Sequence record: PP456878.1
Source: Pseudomonas phage vB_PaePAO1-KEN19
Direction: 5' to 3' (one strand)
DNA length: 64,000 nucleotides
Below are positions 50,426 through 59,543 of the stretch, piece by piece; the stretch's first letter is position 1, and every line of letters starts with the position of its first letter. The position numbers and the translations under genes are program-made. The notes beneath the pieces were generated by a model that was given only the letters and a program-made list of their open reading frames with translations, did not search any database and was not told the origin of the DNA.

Positions 50426-51508
50426 CTAAACTTTTGGCAAAATTAAATCCATCAGTGAACCTACAATTTTAATGGATGATACTAGATCAGAGGCAATGGA
50501 GTTTAGATCACCCCATTTTAGACCATGAATCAATACAACATCTTTTGGTTTGAATTCTTTATCAAACGTACCAGCTGCTTTTTCCTGGGCTTCCCTTTCC
50601 TTAATATCAGCCGCTGTTAAGAGCGCAGTCTTAAGACGTTCAATAACTTTCTTATCTTTAATTCCAACCATTGCAGCAGCTTCTTCATGTGTTCTAAAGA
50701 AACCATTTTCATGGAACTGTTCAGGAGGTATTACATATCTCTTTTCGCCATTATGACTAATACATCCATGCTTACCACGGATATTAACAATAAGACCAGG
50801 ATCTAATGATGGATTATAGATTGACTCAATGGCCATAATTCTGCCAGCCATTACATAAAACAATTTATCTGGTTTATTGATGTCAGTATTATACGTTAAA
50901 GAATATGTTTCATTCCATACTTGATTAGAAAGTGCTTCTTCTTCTGGACTAAGTCCGCTGTAACCAGGAGGACTAATATTTCTATTTGGATAAAATTCAA
51001 AATACTGACTATACTCAGTTTTAAATACTTGGATACCTAAACTCTGAATCCAACCACCATGATACTGATCTACTAGTTTTGATAAGTCAATTGAATACCA
51101 AATAGTAATCTCAGATAGCTGGTTATTAAACTGATCGAATGTCTGTCGACTAAATGACTGAATATATTCTAACATTTCCTCAGGTGTAAAACCTGGAATA
51201 GATTTAGCCATAACTTCATAGTTAAAACTATCATCACCACTCCATCGGTAAATGACCTTAACTACTAGTCTATTAGACATTACATACTTACGGGATGTCC
51301 CAATATTGATAGCGTGACCAGATGAATCGACTACAGTAATACGATGAAATGATTCATTCCGATACTCAACAAAACGTGAGACAGGGAGATTCCAATTAGC
51401 GTATGGATCACCCTTAGTGTATGCAGTTCCCGATTTCTTATCATACGGGTGATCGATAGTAGGCTTAACTGATACTTGAGTAAGCCCCGCAATTTTTAGT
51501 GTTACCAT
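50426..51508 (-). CDS. Hypothetical protein (360 aa)
   Basis: ORF. Confidence 0.6.
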   Translation of the reverse strand: MVTLKIAGLTQVSVKPTIDHPYDKKSGTAYTKGDPYANWNLPVSRFVEYRNESFHRITVVDSSGHAINIGTSRKYVMSNRLVVKVIYRWSGDDSFNYEVMAKSIPGFTPEEMLEYIQSFSRQTFDQFNNQLSEITIWYSIDLSKLVDQYHGGWIQSLGIQVFKTEYSQYFEFYPNRNISPPGYSGLSPEEEALSNQVWNETYSLTYNTDINKPDKLFYVMAGRIMAIESIYNPSLDPGLIVNIRGKHGCISHNGEKRYVIPPEQFHENGFFRTHEEAAAMVGIKDKKVIERLKTALLTAADIKEREAQEKAAGTFDKEFKPKDVVLIHGLKWGDLNSIASDLVSSIKIVGSLMDLILPKV

Positions 51509-51917
51509 TGAAATCTACCTTAATCACAACGGCCTCCAAATCTACAATGTTGGGGAGCCTCTTTTTAGTTTGATGTACGGACCTTCCCTTAAAGGATTCA
51601 CTCTTTTCCTTATTACTTGATTTCTGCCATTTATGCGGGTCACTCGAACAATATAACTTTTCGGTGGCCCGCTTAAACTGTTTTTCTTGAAGGATCTCCT
51701 CAATGTTTTTCTTGGCATAATCAGTAATAAAGTCCTCTAGCCCTTTGGGCATAAAGGCATCCTGAACAGGATGGAATTCTTCAAAGAAAGTATTAATGTA
51801 TTTATCATCATCTACGGTAGACATCTTATTATCTACCATGGTATTTTTTTCTATAAGAGATACCCTTAGGGCATCTTGCCATCTTTCGATGACTTCTGGA
51901 AATAATTGAACGTTCAT
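51465..51917 (-). CDS. Hypothetical protein (150 aa)
   Basis: ORF starting 42 nt downstream of promoter-like element copy 3. Confidence 0.5.
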   Translation of the reverse strand: MNVQLFPEVIERWQDALRVSLIEKNTMVDNKMSTVDDDKYINTFFEEFHPVQDAFMPKGLEDFITDYAKKNIEEILQEKQFKRATEKLYCSSDPHKWQKSSNKEKSESFKGRSVHQTKKRLPNIVDLEAVVIKVDFNGNTKNCGAYSSIS

Positions 51918-51958
51918 TTGGATTAACCTATTTTTAAATTAGAAGATCATGATCATTA

Positions 51959-51993
51959 CTGTAATATAGATCTTAAACTTTTTTTAATGTAAT
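51959..51993 (-). promoter_or_regulatory. Promoter-like element, copy 3 (minus sense: ATTACATTAAAAAAAGTTTAAGATCTATATTACAG)
   Basis: Immediately after the capsid-gene terminator and about 42 nt upstream of the ATG at 51917. Confidence 0.5.
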
Positions 51994-51997
51994 ACAA

Positions 51998-52030
51998 CAT
52001 AAAGCCCTCCCCGAAGGGAGGGCCTATGTC
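51998..52030 (-). terminator. Terminator downstream of the major capsid gene (GCCCTCCC-CGAA-GGGAGGGC), immediately followed on the minus strand by promoter-like element copy 3
   Basis: Hairpin, then TTTATGTTGTATT. Confidence 0.65.
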
Positions 52031-52047
52031 TGTTACTCTTCTAACTT

Positions 52048-52113
52048 CCGGGCATTACCGTCTTCCAAATAACGGATAGTCCCATTTTCTAGATAACGGT
52101 AACCCTTTCCAGC
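52048..52113 (-). other. In-frame 22-codon extension after the capsid TGA stop (AGKGYRYLENGTIRYLEDGNARKLEE*)
   Basis: Same frame as 52114..54357. Ends at TAA (52048..52050). Carries the RYLENG repeat. Confidence 0.35.
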
Positions 52114-54357
52114 TCACGGCTTAAGATCAGCAAGCTTACCGTTGAACTGAGTTTCGCCCATGACTTTCTGGAAGCCAGTGATCTTGAACTCTAGTGCGAA
52201 CGGAATGTTGTTGACGTGTAGGTTGAACGGAATGGCCGCGATTTCGCGAGTAACCTGGTGACCACCACGGGTGATCGGTAGGTCAGCGATAACAGTAGAT
52301 ACGTAGAAGAACTGACCCCAGGAGAGGATGTCGTTTTCTTGTTGTACTGCGCGGGTCGGAATTACAACTAGCTTACCATCGAATAGCTGGTTGTTGGTGG
52401 AAACGATATCGTACTTGAGATAAGCACCTAGAGTACGGTCGTCACCTTTAGTCATTAGATAGTTAGCAATCTCTTTGTCGGAGCAGAAGAGATACATCGG
52501 AGTTTCATCCTGGTTACCGGAGATAACACGGAAGGCAGCTTCAATGTTGGAATCACGGTGAGCCGGGAATAGCTCAGCTTTAACACAGTTTAGGATCGCA
52601 GCGCAAACGTCGTCCCAACGATCTTTAGACTTGATGGTGTCGATGACTTTCTCAAGATCTAGTTCTTTGTAACGATAGGTCGGACGCATTACAGCGGATA
52701 GTGCACCTTCGATGATACCAAACTTCGGACGGTTGTAACCATTGTGTACAACTTCACGTAGTTGAGCAAGGTAGTTAAGCATGCGCTTAACAGCGTTGTT
52801 GCTGTTACGGATGTTGGTGTTAACAGTTAGAGCTTTAACAACCTCACCCGGACCTTCATCGGTCATGGTGTCCATCGGTAGAGTTACAGGAGCGTGCATC
52901 GGGATCGGATGACGGAACTGTAGCGCACGGGTCTGTAGTAGGTGACCACGCTGACGACGGTTAGTGTTGGTGAAGCGAGTGTCTAGTTCGAAACCGATAA
53001 CCGCTAGGTCAGTTAGCTGATCTAGAATAGCTTTAACAGCCGGGTCAGCATTATCCATTACCTGACCATCTTCGTTTAGAACTTTATCGACGTAAGTGTC
53101 GGTAGCACCAAACTTAGAATCGCCTTTGGATAGGCTGATTGTACCACCAAAACCAACGCTTAGACGTAGGCTTAGTTTAGCGGTCTTAAGATCATTGATA
53201 ACACCGTCAGCTGAACCATCGATGAAAGTGGTATCGCCACTAACAACTAGATCGTCGCTATCGAAACGGATAACAGCGTTCCGGGTATCACCAACTAGAT
53301 CGGGCTGGAACACAGCGCGAGGTAGACGGTCAACCTTGAACTTAACAACTTTACCACCGAGTAGAACGAATAGGTTCTTTAGACGACCAGCCGGATCAAT
53401 GGTGTCAGAAACTTCAAGCATGCCACGCTGGATGAGTAGGTTAGCATTGGAGTTACCCATTAGATCAAGACGTACGTTCGCTTTTAGCGGAGCAGTAGTG
53501 ATAGTTAGGTTCTGCTCGTTCTTGATGGTGTACGGAGGAACAAGAGCCGGGTCTACGAAGAAGTCAGCATTGGAACCAGCCGGATCTAGGGCAGGAATTA
53601 GTGCAATGCTTTCGTCGTCGAGGATGGAAGGATCACGATAGGCTTCTACCATGTTCACTTCTTCGTTATCCATCTTAACGCCGGATACTTCGTGGTAAAC
53701 GTCTTTCATTACAGCGATGTAAGGAAGAACCTGAACAACACCACCTTCAATCGGGTTGATAACGGTGGTCGGATAGATACGCTCAGCGAATTCATCCTGA
53801 CGGCTAGCAGCTAGGTTATAACCAATAGTTACAACACGGAAATCACGCTGTGACTTCTCGTTATAGTTCTCTAGGCCAACACCATTTTCGAATACTTGAA
53901 TGCCACCAGCAGGGCCATTGAACTGATGCTGTACAACCTTAACATGATCTTCGTTAGAAGCTTTAGCTTTGGTAATACCACGTAGTGCACGGATATATTT
54001 AGTTTCATCAGCACAGGCGATAGCAGCCATGGTAGCAGCAGTGATCTGGTTCTCACGAACACGTTCTTCACGAGCACGTACTTGAGGATCACTGGAACTT
54101 ACTCGTTCGAAACCATAGTCGTTAACGAGCATTTGCATTTTGTTATAAATTGCAGCAGCATCTTGAACGTCGGTAGCTTGTACGGTACCGAAGTTTTCAT
54201 GTGAAATGGTGCTAACAAGGGAACGACCTTGACTAACAATGCTGTCATTTAGACCAATTTCACTTTCTAGGTGGCCAATGAAATCTTCCATTGAGAAGAC
54301 TTCGTATTTCTTTTCGCCTTTGTGTTTAAACAGTTCTCTTAGGGCATGTACGCTCAT
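52114..54357 (-). CDS. Major capsid protein candidate (747 aa, phiKZ gp120-like)
   Basis: Length equals the remembered gp120 length. 24 genes from the endolysin, as in phiKZ (gp120 to gp144). GC is visibly higher (about 45-48%) than the flanks, consistent with a highly expressed gene. Strong terminator and promoter-like element downstream. Confidence 0.55.
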   Translation of the reverse strand: MSVHALRELFKHKGEKKYEVFSMEDFIGHLESEIGLNDSIVSQGRSLVSTISHENFGTVQATDVQDAAAIYNKMQMLVNDYGFERVSSSDPQVRAREERVRENQITAATMAAIACADETKYIRALRGITKAKASNEDHVKVVQHQFNGPAGGIQVFENGVGLENYNEKSQRDFRVVTIGYNLAASRQDEFAERIYPTTVINPIEGGVVQVLPYIAVMKDVYHEVSGVKMDNEEVNMVEAYRDPSILDDESIALIPALDPAGSNADFFVDPALVPPYTIKNEQNLTITTAPLKANVRLDLMGNSNANLLIQRGMLEVSDTIDPAGRLKNLFVLLGGKVVKFKVDRLPRAVFQPDLVGDTRNAVIRFDSDDLVVSGDTTFIDGSADGVINDLKTAKLSLRLSVGFGGTISLSKGDSKFGATDTYVDKVLNEDGQVMDNADPAVKAILDQLTDLAVIGFELDTRFTNTNRRQRGHLLQTRALQFRHPIPMHAPVTLPMDTMTDEGPGEVVKALTVNTNIRNSNNAVKRMLNYLAQLREVVHNGYNRPKFGIIEGALSAVMRPTYRYKELDLEKVIDTIKSKDRWDDVCAAILNCVKAELFPAHRDSNIEAAFRVISGNQDETPMYLFCSDKEIANYLMTKGDDRTLGAYLKYDIVSTNNQLFDGKLVVIPTRAVQQENDILSWGQFFYVSTVIADLPITRGGHQVTREIAAIPFNLHVNNIPFALEFKITGFQKVMGETQFNGKLADLKP

Positions 54358-54429
54358 TTTTTATTCCTACGTAGGATGAGTTTTTGGTTTAAAAATTTGG
54401 GTCTACTAAGCATCTTTTCCGGAATCAAC

Positions 54430-54963
54430 CTAGCAGCTCTCCAAATAATAGGTAAAAATTTGTGTTGACGCCACGGATTCACGTGGGCGGGTGTTCAACA
54501 TTTCATTTATCATACTATCAAAGAAAGTATGGTTAAGTTGAATTGAGACACGTCTAGGATCGCTACTTGCAATGTGCGCACTCTGCTGCACCGCAACCCA
54601 CAGATTCTCATCTACAGGATATAGGTAATAATCGTACACTAAATTACGGTTACCTGCATCCCTAAGTTCATTAGTCGCTAGGCGGCTCTCTAAACGATTG
54701 TGTAAATCCTTCATCTTAAATTGTTCAGGACCGTCTATTTCACCTAGCTCAGCAACTTTAATTATCGGGCTTACTGCTAACTTAATATCTAGTTTTTCTG
54801 GTAATAGAAAGGGGAAAGCAGTTAAAGCCTGATGTATCTCCGCAAGATCATTTACGGAGGTTTCGGAAACTATATAGTTGGTGTCTAACAATTTGTTAAA
54901 TTGTACACCTGCTGTTTTATATGATTCAAAAACAGCTTTTGGCATAACCAGAACTTGGGTCAT
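54430..54963 (-). CDS. Hypothetical protein (177 aa)
   Basis: ORF divergent from 55103. Confidence 0.55.
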   Translation of the reverse strand: MTQVLVMPKAVFESYKTAGVQFNKLLDTNYIVSETSVNDLAEIHQALTAFPFLLPEKLDIKLAVSPIIKVAELGEIDGPEQFKMKDLHNRLESRLATNELRDAGNRNLVYDYYLYPVDENLWVAVQQSAHIASSDPRRVSIQLNHTFFDSMINEMLNTRPRESVASTQIFTYYLESC

Positions 54964-55102
54964 TGTGAAAGTACCTATATTGTAACTTTAGGCTTTTGGG
55001 AACTGTCTACATAGCAATATAGCAAATACATTCACTAAAATTACTAGCTATCTAAATGATACACTGTACATCTCTTAATTTCACAATTGGAAATCTATAA
55101 AA

Positions 55103-56650
55103 ATGTCAAGTCCAAAACAATTACTCGTTTCATGTATCACTCTATTATGTTTAGAAAATCGAGAAGATTCTCCTGTGGAACCATCCAATGAATTGGTTAC
55201 CGAGATTCTTGATACTCTAAATGATAAGGGTGGTACATTAGATGTAGATCATGGTCGGCAAACATTTTTAGATCTTCGTAATCTACTAGTGGATCTAAAT
55301 AAGAAACAGAAAACATATTTCCCAGCTACCCAACAGGTATTACAATCACTACAAGTATGTTGTCGTGAAGAAAGTTATCTATACGATGCTGTTAAAAATG
55401 CGGTAGAAGAAGAATTTCCAAATGGCATGGCATTAGCTATGCGTGTAACATCATATCGTCGTGATCTAAATAGCTACTTAGCTGATGAAAAGGTAAAAGC
55501 TATTGTAAAAGAATGTTCATCAAAAATTCTTTTCAATAGAGGCTCTGCTGATATTCCGGCAATCATTAATGAAATGGCAACCAGAGCTGACCCATATATT
55601 CGCGCCCGTGCTGAAGAGAAACACCCAGCTGAAATGGGTGCACTTGATTTTGGTAATTTAGATTCTATTGAAGGATTCTTCGAAGAAGCTAAAACCATTC
55701 TTTCACCAAATGGTGCTTTCCGAACTGGATGGAAAGGCTTTAACCGTATGCTTGGTGATCTAGGTGCATTAAAACGTGGTGAATTCATTATTGGTGGTGG
55801 CCTACAACACCAATATAAATCTGGCGTTTCTATGAGTCTATTTTGTCATGTATGTCTATTTAATAAACCATACATGCGTGATATCAATAAGAAACCATTA
55901 GTAATGTTTATTACTCTTGAGAATGAGATTCCGGATAACCTTATTTTCATTTATGAGTATATTTACGAAAATGAAACAGGTATCAAGGTAGATCGTAGTT
56001 CCATTAGTAAAGCTGAAGCAGCTGAATATGTATCAGCTCGTCTTCGTGAAAATGGTTTCGAGCCAGTAATGTACCGTTTTGACCCGACTGAATTTACGAT
56101 TGCTGGTTTAGTTAACTATCTAGATACATATCAAGCACGTGGTTATGAACTACAATATCTCTGCGTAGATTATCTAAACATGTTGCCTAAAACTGGATTA
56201 GTAACCAGTGTAGCAGGTGATGACGTTCGTCTCCTATTTAGGCGAATGCGTAATTATACTGCGCCACGTGGTATTACATTCTTTAGTCCACACCAGTTAA
56301 GTTCTCAGGCACTAGAACTAATCAGGGATAATATCCCACCAGAAGACTTTGTTAAACAAGTTGCTAACAAAGGTTACTATGATGGTTGTCGTCGACTTGG
56401 GCAAGAACCTGATCTGGAATTCTTCTTCCACATTGTTAAAGTAAGTGGTAAGTATTATCTAACTGTACAACGTGGTAAACACCGTAACGTTGTAAGTGAT
56501 AGTAAGCATCACTATTTTGTTATGCCGTTTGATCCAGACCGTATTGGTGGTATTAGATGGGATATCGATAAAGAAGAAAACAATTACATGGATTTCGTAC
56601 CAAGTCTTAGTAACATGCAAGCAACTGGTGGAGATGACTGGGGATATTAA
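55103..56650 (+). CDS. DnaB-family (SF4) helicase-like protein with a non-canonical P-loop
   Basis: N-terminal helical domain plus C-terminal RecA-like domain. 'EFIIGGGLQHQYKSG' sits at the H1 position, 'LVMFITLENE' at H1a, 'YLCVDYLNML' at H2, 'ITFFSPHQLS' at H3, and 'GCRRLGQEPDLEFFFHIV' at H4. Confidence 0.45.
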   Translation: MSSPKQLLVSCITLLCLENREDSPVEPSNELVTEILDTLNDKGGTLDVDHGRQTFLDLRNLLVDLNKKQKTYFPATQQVLQSLQVCCREESYLYDAVKNAVEEEFPNGMALAMRVTSYRRDLNSYLADEKVKAIVKECSSKILFNRGSADIPAIINEMATRADPYIRARAEEKHPAEMGALDFGNLDSIEGFFEEAKTILSPNGAFRTGWKGFNRMLGDLGALKRGEFIIGGGLQHQYKSGVSMSLFCHVCLFNKPYMRDINKKPLVMFITLENEIPDNLIFIYEYIYENETGIKVDRSSISKAEAAEYVSARLRENGFEPVMYRFDPTEFTIAGLVNYLDTYQARGYELQYLCVDYLNMLPKTGLVTSVAGDDVRLLFRRMRNYTAPRGITFFSPHQLSSQALELIRDNIPPEDFVKQVANKGYYDGCRRLGQEPDLEFFFHIVKVSGKYYLTVQRGKHRNVVSDSKHHYFVMPFDPDRIGGIRWDIDKEENNYMDFVPSLSNMQATGGDDWGY

Positions 56651-56654
56651 CAAC

Positions 56655-56690
56655 ATAAAGCTCTCCCTTCGGGGAGAGCACTATAATTTT
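56655..56690 (+). terminator. Terminator after the helicase-like gene (GCTCTCCC-TTCG-GGGAGAGC)
   Basis: GC hairpin with UUCG loop. Confidence 0.55.
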
Positions 56691-56704
56691 AATAGGTAAT
56701 CTAA

Positions 56705-57073
56705 ATGAGTGCAATTGATAATTTAGTAAATACTTTAAGAAAAAATATTAGTGAATGTAGAAAGTTTAATCGCCCTCTATTTGCACGTGTATATGCCGCA
56801 TCACAAAATTACGATAAAATCCGTTATGCTGTAGCAGAAGAAGCCCATTATTTTAAATATGGGAAATATGCAGAGGGTAATAATTTAAACATTGATGAAC
56901 TCATCAGTGATCTTTATTTATATTACACTATTTACGTTGATATTATCCGTAAACCATTACCCGATCCTAATGGGGATTTTATCAGTATCGTAAACCAAGA
57001 TCACTATACACACATCTACTGGGATTTAGATCGGTGTGAATCTATTCCAGATGATGTAAAGGAGTTAATGTAA
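56705..57073 (+). CDS. Hypothetical protein (122 aa)
   Basis: ORF. Confidence 0.5.
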   Translation: MSAIDNLVNTLRKNISECRKFNRPLFARVYAASQNYDKIRYAVAEEAHYFKYGKYAEGNNLNIDELISDLYLYYTIYVDIIRKPLPDPNGDFISIVNQDHYTHIYWDLDRCESIPDDVKELM

Positions 57074-57074
57074 T

Positions 57075-57311
57075 ATGTACTATGGTAATGTTTATATTAT
57101 CTTTATTGGTGGTTTATTAATATTTATCCTAGGATTGGTATTTGGAGGAATACTGGGAGAAGAGAACAATAACGTATATAAACTCAAATCCCAACAATTT
57201 GAATACTGCGTTAAAAATAAACAATCAAAAAATAATGACAGTGAAAATATCCAAGTTATTAAAGTATGCGCAGAGTCTATTGTACTCCTATATCCGACTA
57301 ATGAAAAATAA
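57075..57311 (+). CDS. Small membrane protein (N-terminal TM IIFIGGLLIFILGLVFGGIL)
   Basis: ORF overlapping the previous stop. Terminator 57321..57343. Confidence 0.5.
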   Translation: MYYGNVYIIFIGGLLIFILGLVFGGILGEENNNVYKLKSQQFEYCVKNKQSKNNDSENIQVIKVCAESIVLLYPTNEK

Positions 57312-57339
57312 AGCATTTAAGCCCTCATAGGAGGGCTTT

Positions 57340-57920
57340 TATGTCGTATGGCTAATATGCTAGTAGATAATGAATAAAATCGATTATAGAGCAAATTAGA
57401 AGGTATTAAAGGCATAAAGAAAGTCTATCTCTAGACTTATTATTTTTTAATTAAAAAAAATATAATCTACACTGTGTCTCCTTTTAGGGAGACAGTATGT
57501 ATTAGCTAACGCTATTAGAATAATGCTAATATTGTTTATTATTAGAATAAGGATATACCTTCGGTATAGTTTATTATGAAATAAAAGCCCCTACGGGGCG
57601 ATCCGATTCATCAGTTCCACATTAGGTAATATTCATGAGTAATATTTGATTACCAGTATTACTCAATGATACTGGTAATAATATACTAGGTTATTAACAA
57701 TATGTATTGATTATTCTGATTAAGTCAAATTAGTTAATAAACAAATCAATTATCAACGAGTGATAACTGGTATTGATTACTAGCTAAAGAGATTAATTAG
57801 GATATCTACATGAGGAGTCGCTACCCCATGTATACTGGAGTGTCTCTTTAGCGGGAGACTTAACTCCACTTGGGAGCCGCTTTAGCGGGCGGCTCTCACT
57901 TAAACAAAAAAAGAATTCAG
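57340..57920. ncRNA. Long hairpin-dense non-coding region (candidate structured RNA(s) or regulatory locus)
   Basis: No ORF over 20 codons. At least 8 stem-loops. Two consecutive hairpins share the loop TTTAGCGGG. There are overlapping alternative 9-bp stems, TGAGTAATA/TATTACTCA against TACCAGTAT/ATACTGGTA. Confidence 0.3.
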
Positions 57921-57924
57921 ATAA

Positions 57925-57950
57925 GTCCCTCTCCTGAAGGAGAGGGGTTG
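57925..57950 (-). terminator. Terminator (CCCTCTCC-tgaa-GGAGAGGG) ending the small-gene operon
   Basis: Hairpin. Minus strand then has a CTTATCTGAATTCTTTTTTTG U-run. Confidence 0.55.
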
Positions 57951-57954
57951 TTTA

Positions 57955-58260
57955 TCATAGGCTTCTCCTTTCGGTTACATAGAACTTCTTCTGATCCATG
58001 TCAGTGTCCGTTACTATGAAATTGTCGAAGGGGTTGATGGATACGGCTAAACTTGCGTTGTTGACGTATCCTATCGTAGGACCAGCCCAATAACCAATGA
58101 AGTGACCTTTACGATCTCGACATTGGATAACATTATCAGCGTGTATTTTCGCAACTGACATGCTATGGGTTGATCCATCGGGTCTCTTGAAAAAGAAACC
58201 CACATCCTGCATTCTGTGCAGGTCAGGGCTAACATTGTTAGCGGTAACTGGAATTAACAT
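57955..58260 (-). CDS. Hypothetical protein (101 aa)
   Basis: RBS GAGGAA. Terminator downstream at 57927..57948. Confidence 0.55.
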   Translation of the reverse strand: MLIPVTANNVSPDLHRMQDVGFFFKRPDGSTHSMSVAKIHADNVIQCRDRKGHFIGYWAGPTIGYVNNASLAVSINPFDNFIVTDTDMDQKKFYVTERRSL

Positions 58261-58384
58261 GATGGTTCCTCTTGTTAATCCAAGCCCATTTGGGCGAAAA
58301 TGTTGAGTATTTTTTACTCAACGGCATATAGTCCTACTGCTGCAACAGTAGGGCTAATTCTTTTATTCTTAAATGTTTAACTGA

Positions 58385-58425
58385 ATAAATGCCCTCTCCC
58401 GAAGGAGAGGGCTTATGTCGTTGAT
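58385..58425. terminator. Palindromic terminator (AATGCCCTCTCC-cgaa-GGAGAGGGCTTATGTCGTT)
   Basis: Same family as the others. Confidence 0.6.
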
Positions 58426-58701
58426 TTATTTAACCAGCGATGGTTCCCTAATACGAGAGATGCATAGATAATTACTATAATCGCTAGGGTCGTACTCATC
58501 ATACCCTAGACAACTTGTATGGATATATTCAGTACTGATATTAATCATATCAAGAGTAATACCATCACCCCATTTCTTAGTTGCCATCTTGATAATATCG
58601 GCGATAGTATTGGCCACATAACAATCACCCAAGACATAAAAGGTATCTTCGGTATCATCCGGACGAAAATAACGAATACCATTCTGTGTATATTCACCCA
58701 T
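58426..58701 (-). CDS. Hypothetical protein (91 aa)
   Basis: ORF; terminator downstream. Confidence 0.5.
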   Translation of the reverse strand: MGEYTQNGIRYFRPDDTEDTFYVLGDCYVANTIADIIKMATKKWGDGITLDMINISTEYIHTSCLGYDEYDPSDYSNYLCISRIREPSLVK

Positions 58702-58702
58702 G

Positions 58703-58846
58703 TTAATTATCCTCTTTTCCTTCTTGGGTATGATGAGCGGGCTCTACCCAGTAAAAATCAATAAACAGATCAACTGGTTCACAGCCGACCGCCTCACTGT
58801 CATCGGCCCATTTACTTTCATCTGCGATAATTTCTTCATTGGTCAT
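58703..58846 (-). CDS. Small acidic protein (47 aa). Not in the ORF track
   Basis: Strong RBS GGAGAAATACAAATG. Its stop overlaps the next start (TAACATG). Confidence 0.4.
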   Translation of the reverse strand: MTNEEIIADESKWADDSEAVGCEPVDLFIDFYWVEPAHHTQEGKEDN

Positions 58847-58885
58847 TTGTATTTCTCCTTATTTACTATATTGAATATTGTTTAG

Positions 58886-59098
58886 TTACATAGTCCAATT
58901 AGTGGCTTCATCAACCATGTCAGCTGCTTCTTTATCAGAAGCATTCCAGAGTTTATCAGCCCATTCTTTATCCATTTCATTTTGGATATTTTCAAGACGC
59001 ATGTAATTATGCCATGCCTGACCCAGGCGAAGATTCTTATTGTTTTTGTAATAAATTCCAAACTCACCACGAACTGATGCAGGAATTGAAATAGTCAC
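58886..59098 (-). CDS. Hypothetical protein (70 aa), GTG start overlapping the upstream stop (GTGA)
   Basis: ORF with translational coupling. Confidence 0.45.
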   Translation of the reverse strand: MTISIPASVRGEFGIYYKNNKNLRLGQAWHNYMRLENIQNEMDKEWADKLWNASDKEAADMVDEATNWTM

Positions 59099-59256
59099 TT
59101 TATAATCTCCTTAGTTACTATCTGACGTGCTTCTTTATAAGAAATATTCGGATTATCATTGATGTATTTAAGAACTTTCTGATGTATAATGTTCTCTCGC
59201 TCAGTTAGTTCTTTTACTACTCTTTTAAAATAACCTGGTGATCGTTTCATAGTCAT
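59095..59256 (-). CDS. Small basic helical protein (53 aa). Not in the ORF track
   Basis: ATGA overlap with the stop of 59253..59480. 'MTMKRSPGYFKRVVKELTERENIIHQKVLKYINDN...'. Confidence 0.4.
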   Translation of the reverse strand: MTMKRSPGYFKRVVKELTERENIIHQKVLKYINDNPNISYKEARQIVTKEIIK

Positions 59257-59480
59257 GGTTCTTCGATTAACAAGTTATTTGCCTCGAAAAAGAATGGGGC
59301 TGACCAGCTATAATCTGGTTCATTTACCAGTTTTACACTGTTCTTGGTTTTGATAATCTTGCGATCATACCGCCAGTTTTGTGGTCCATGTTTAGGAATA
59401 GTGTAGTATTCACCATCGGGTAGATTAGTGGCTTTTTCCCATCCGAGTTCTTTAATACTAAACTTTTTATCAGTTGTCAT
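59253..59480 (-). CDS. Small protein, paralog of 59836..60099 (shared NLPxGxYxTxPxHGP...YDR+)
   Basis: Start trimmed to 'MTTDKKF', which has RBS AAGGAAA. 'NLPDGEYYTIPKHGPQNWRYDRKII' aligns with 'NLPNGIYVTSPLHGPRVYSHDRRVM'. Confidence 0.55.
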   Translation of the reverse strand: MTTDKKFSIKELGWEKATNLPDGEYYTIPKHGPQNWRYDRKIIKTKNSVKLVNEPDYSWSAPFFFEANNLLIEEP

Positions 59481-59543
59481 TTTCTTAATTTCCTTGCTGT
59501 CATGAAACCACCCGATGGCCGTATCAAGCTGCGGACCCATGGT

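Noticed and set aside
48785-51508. Assigning one of these ORFs as an RNAP beta-like subunit (phiKZ gp123 by gene count)
   Set aside because: I found no recognisable beta or beta-prime motifs (no GEMEVWAL or NADFDGD). The gene-count mapping could be off by one, so the ORFs are left as hypothetical.
53096-53641. 181-aa antisense ORF inside the capsid gene
   Set aside because: Elevated GC reduces stop-codon frequency on the opposite strand. The product is an Arg/Ser/Pro-rich low-complexity sequence with no start context.
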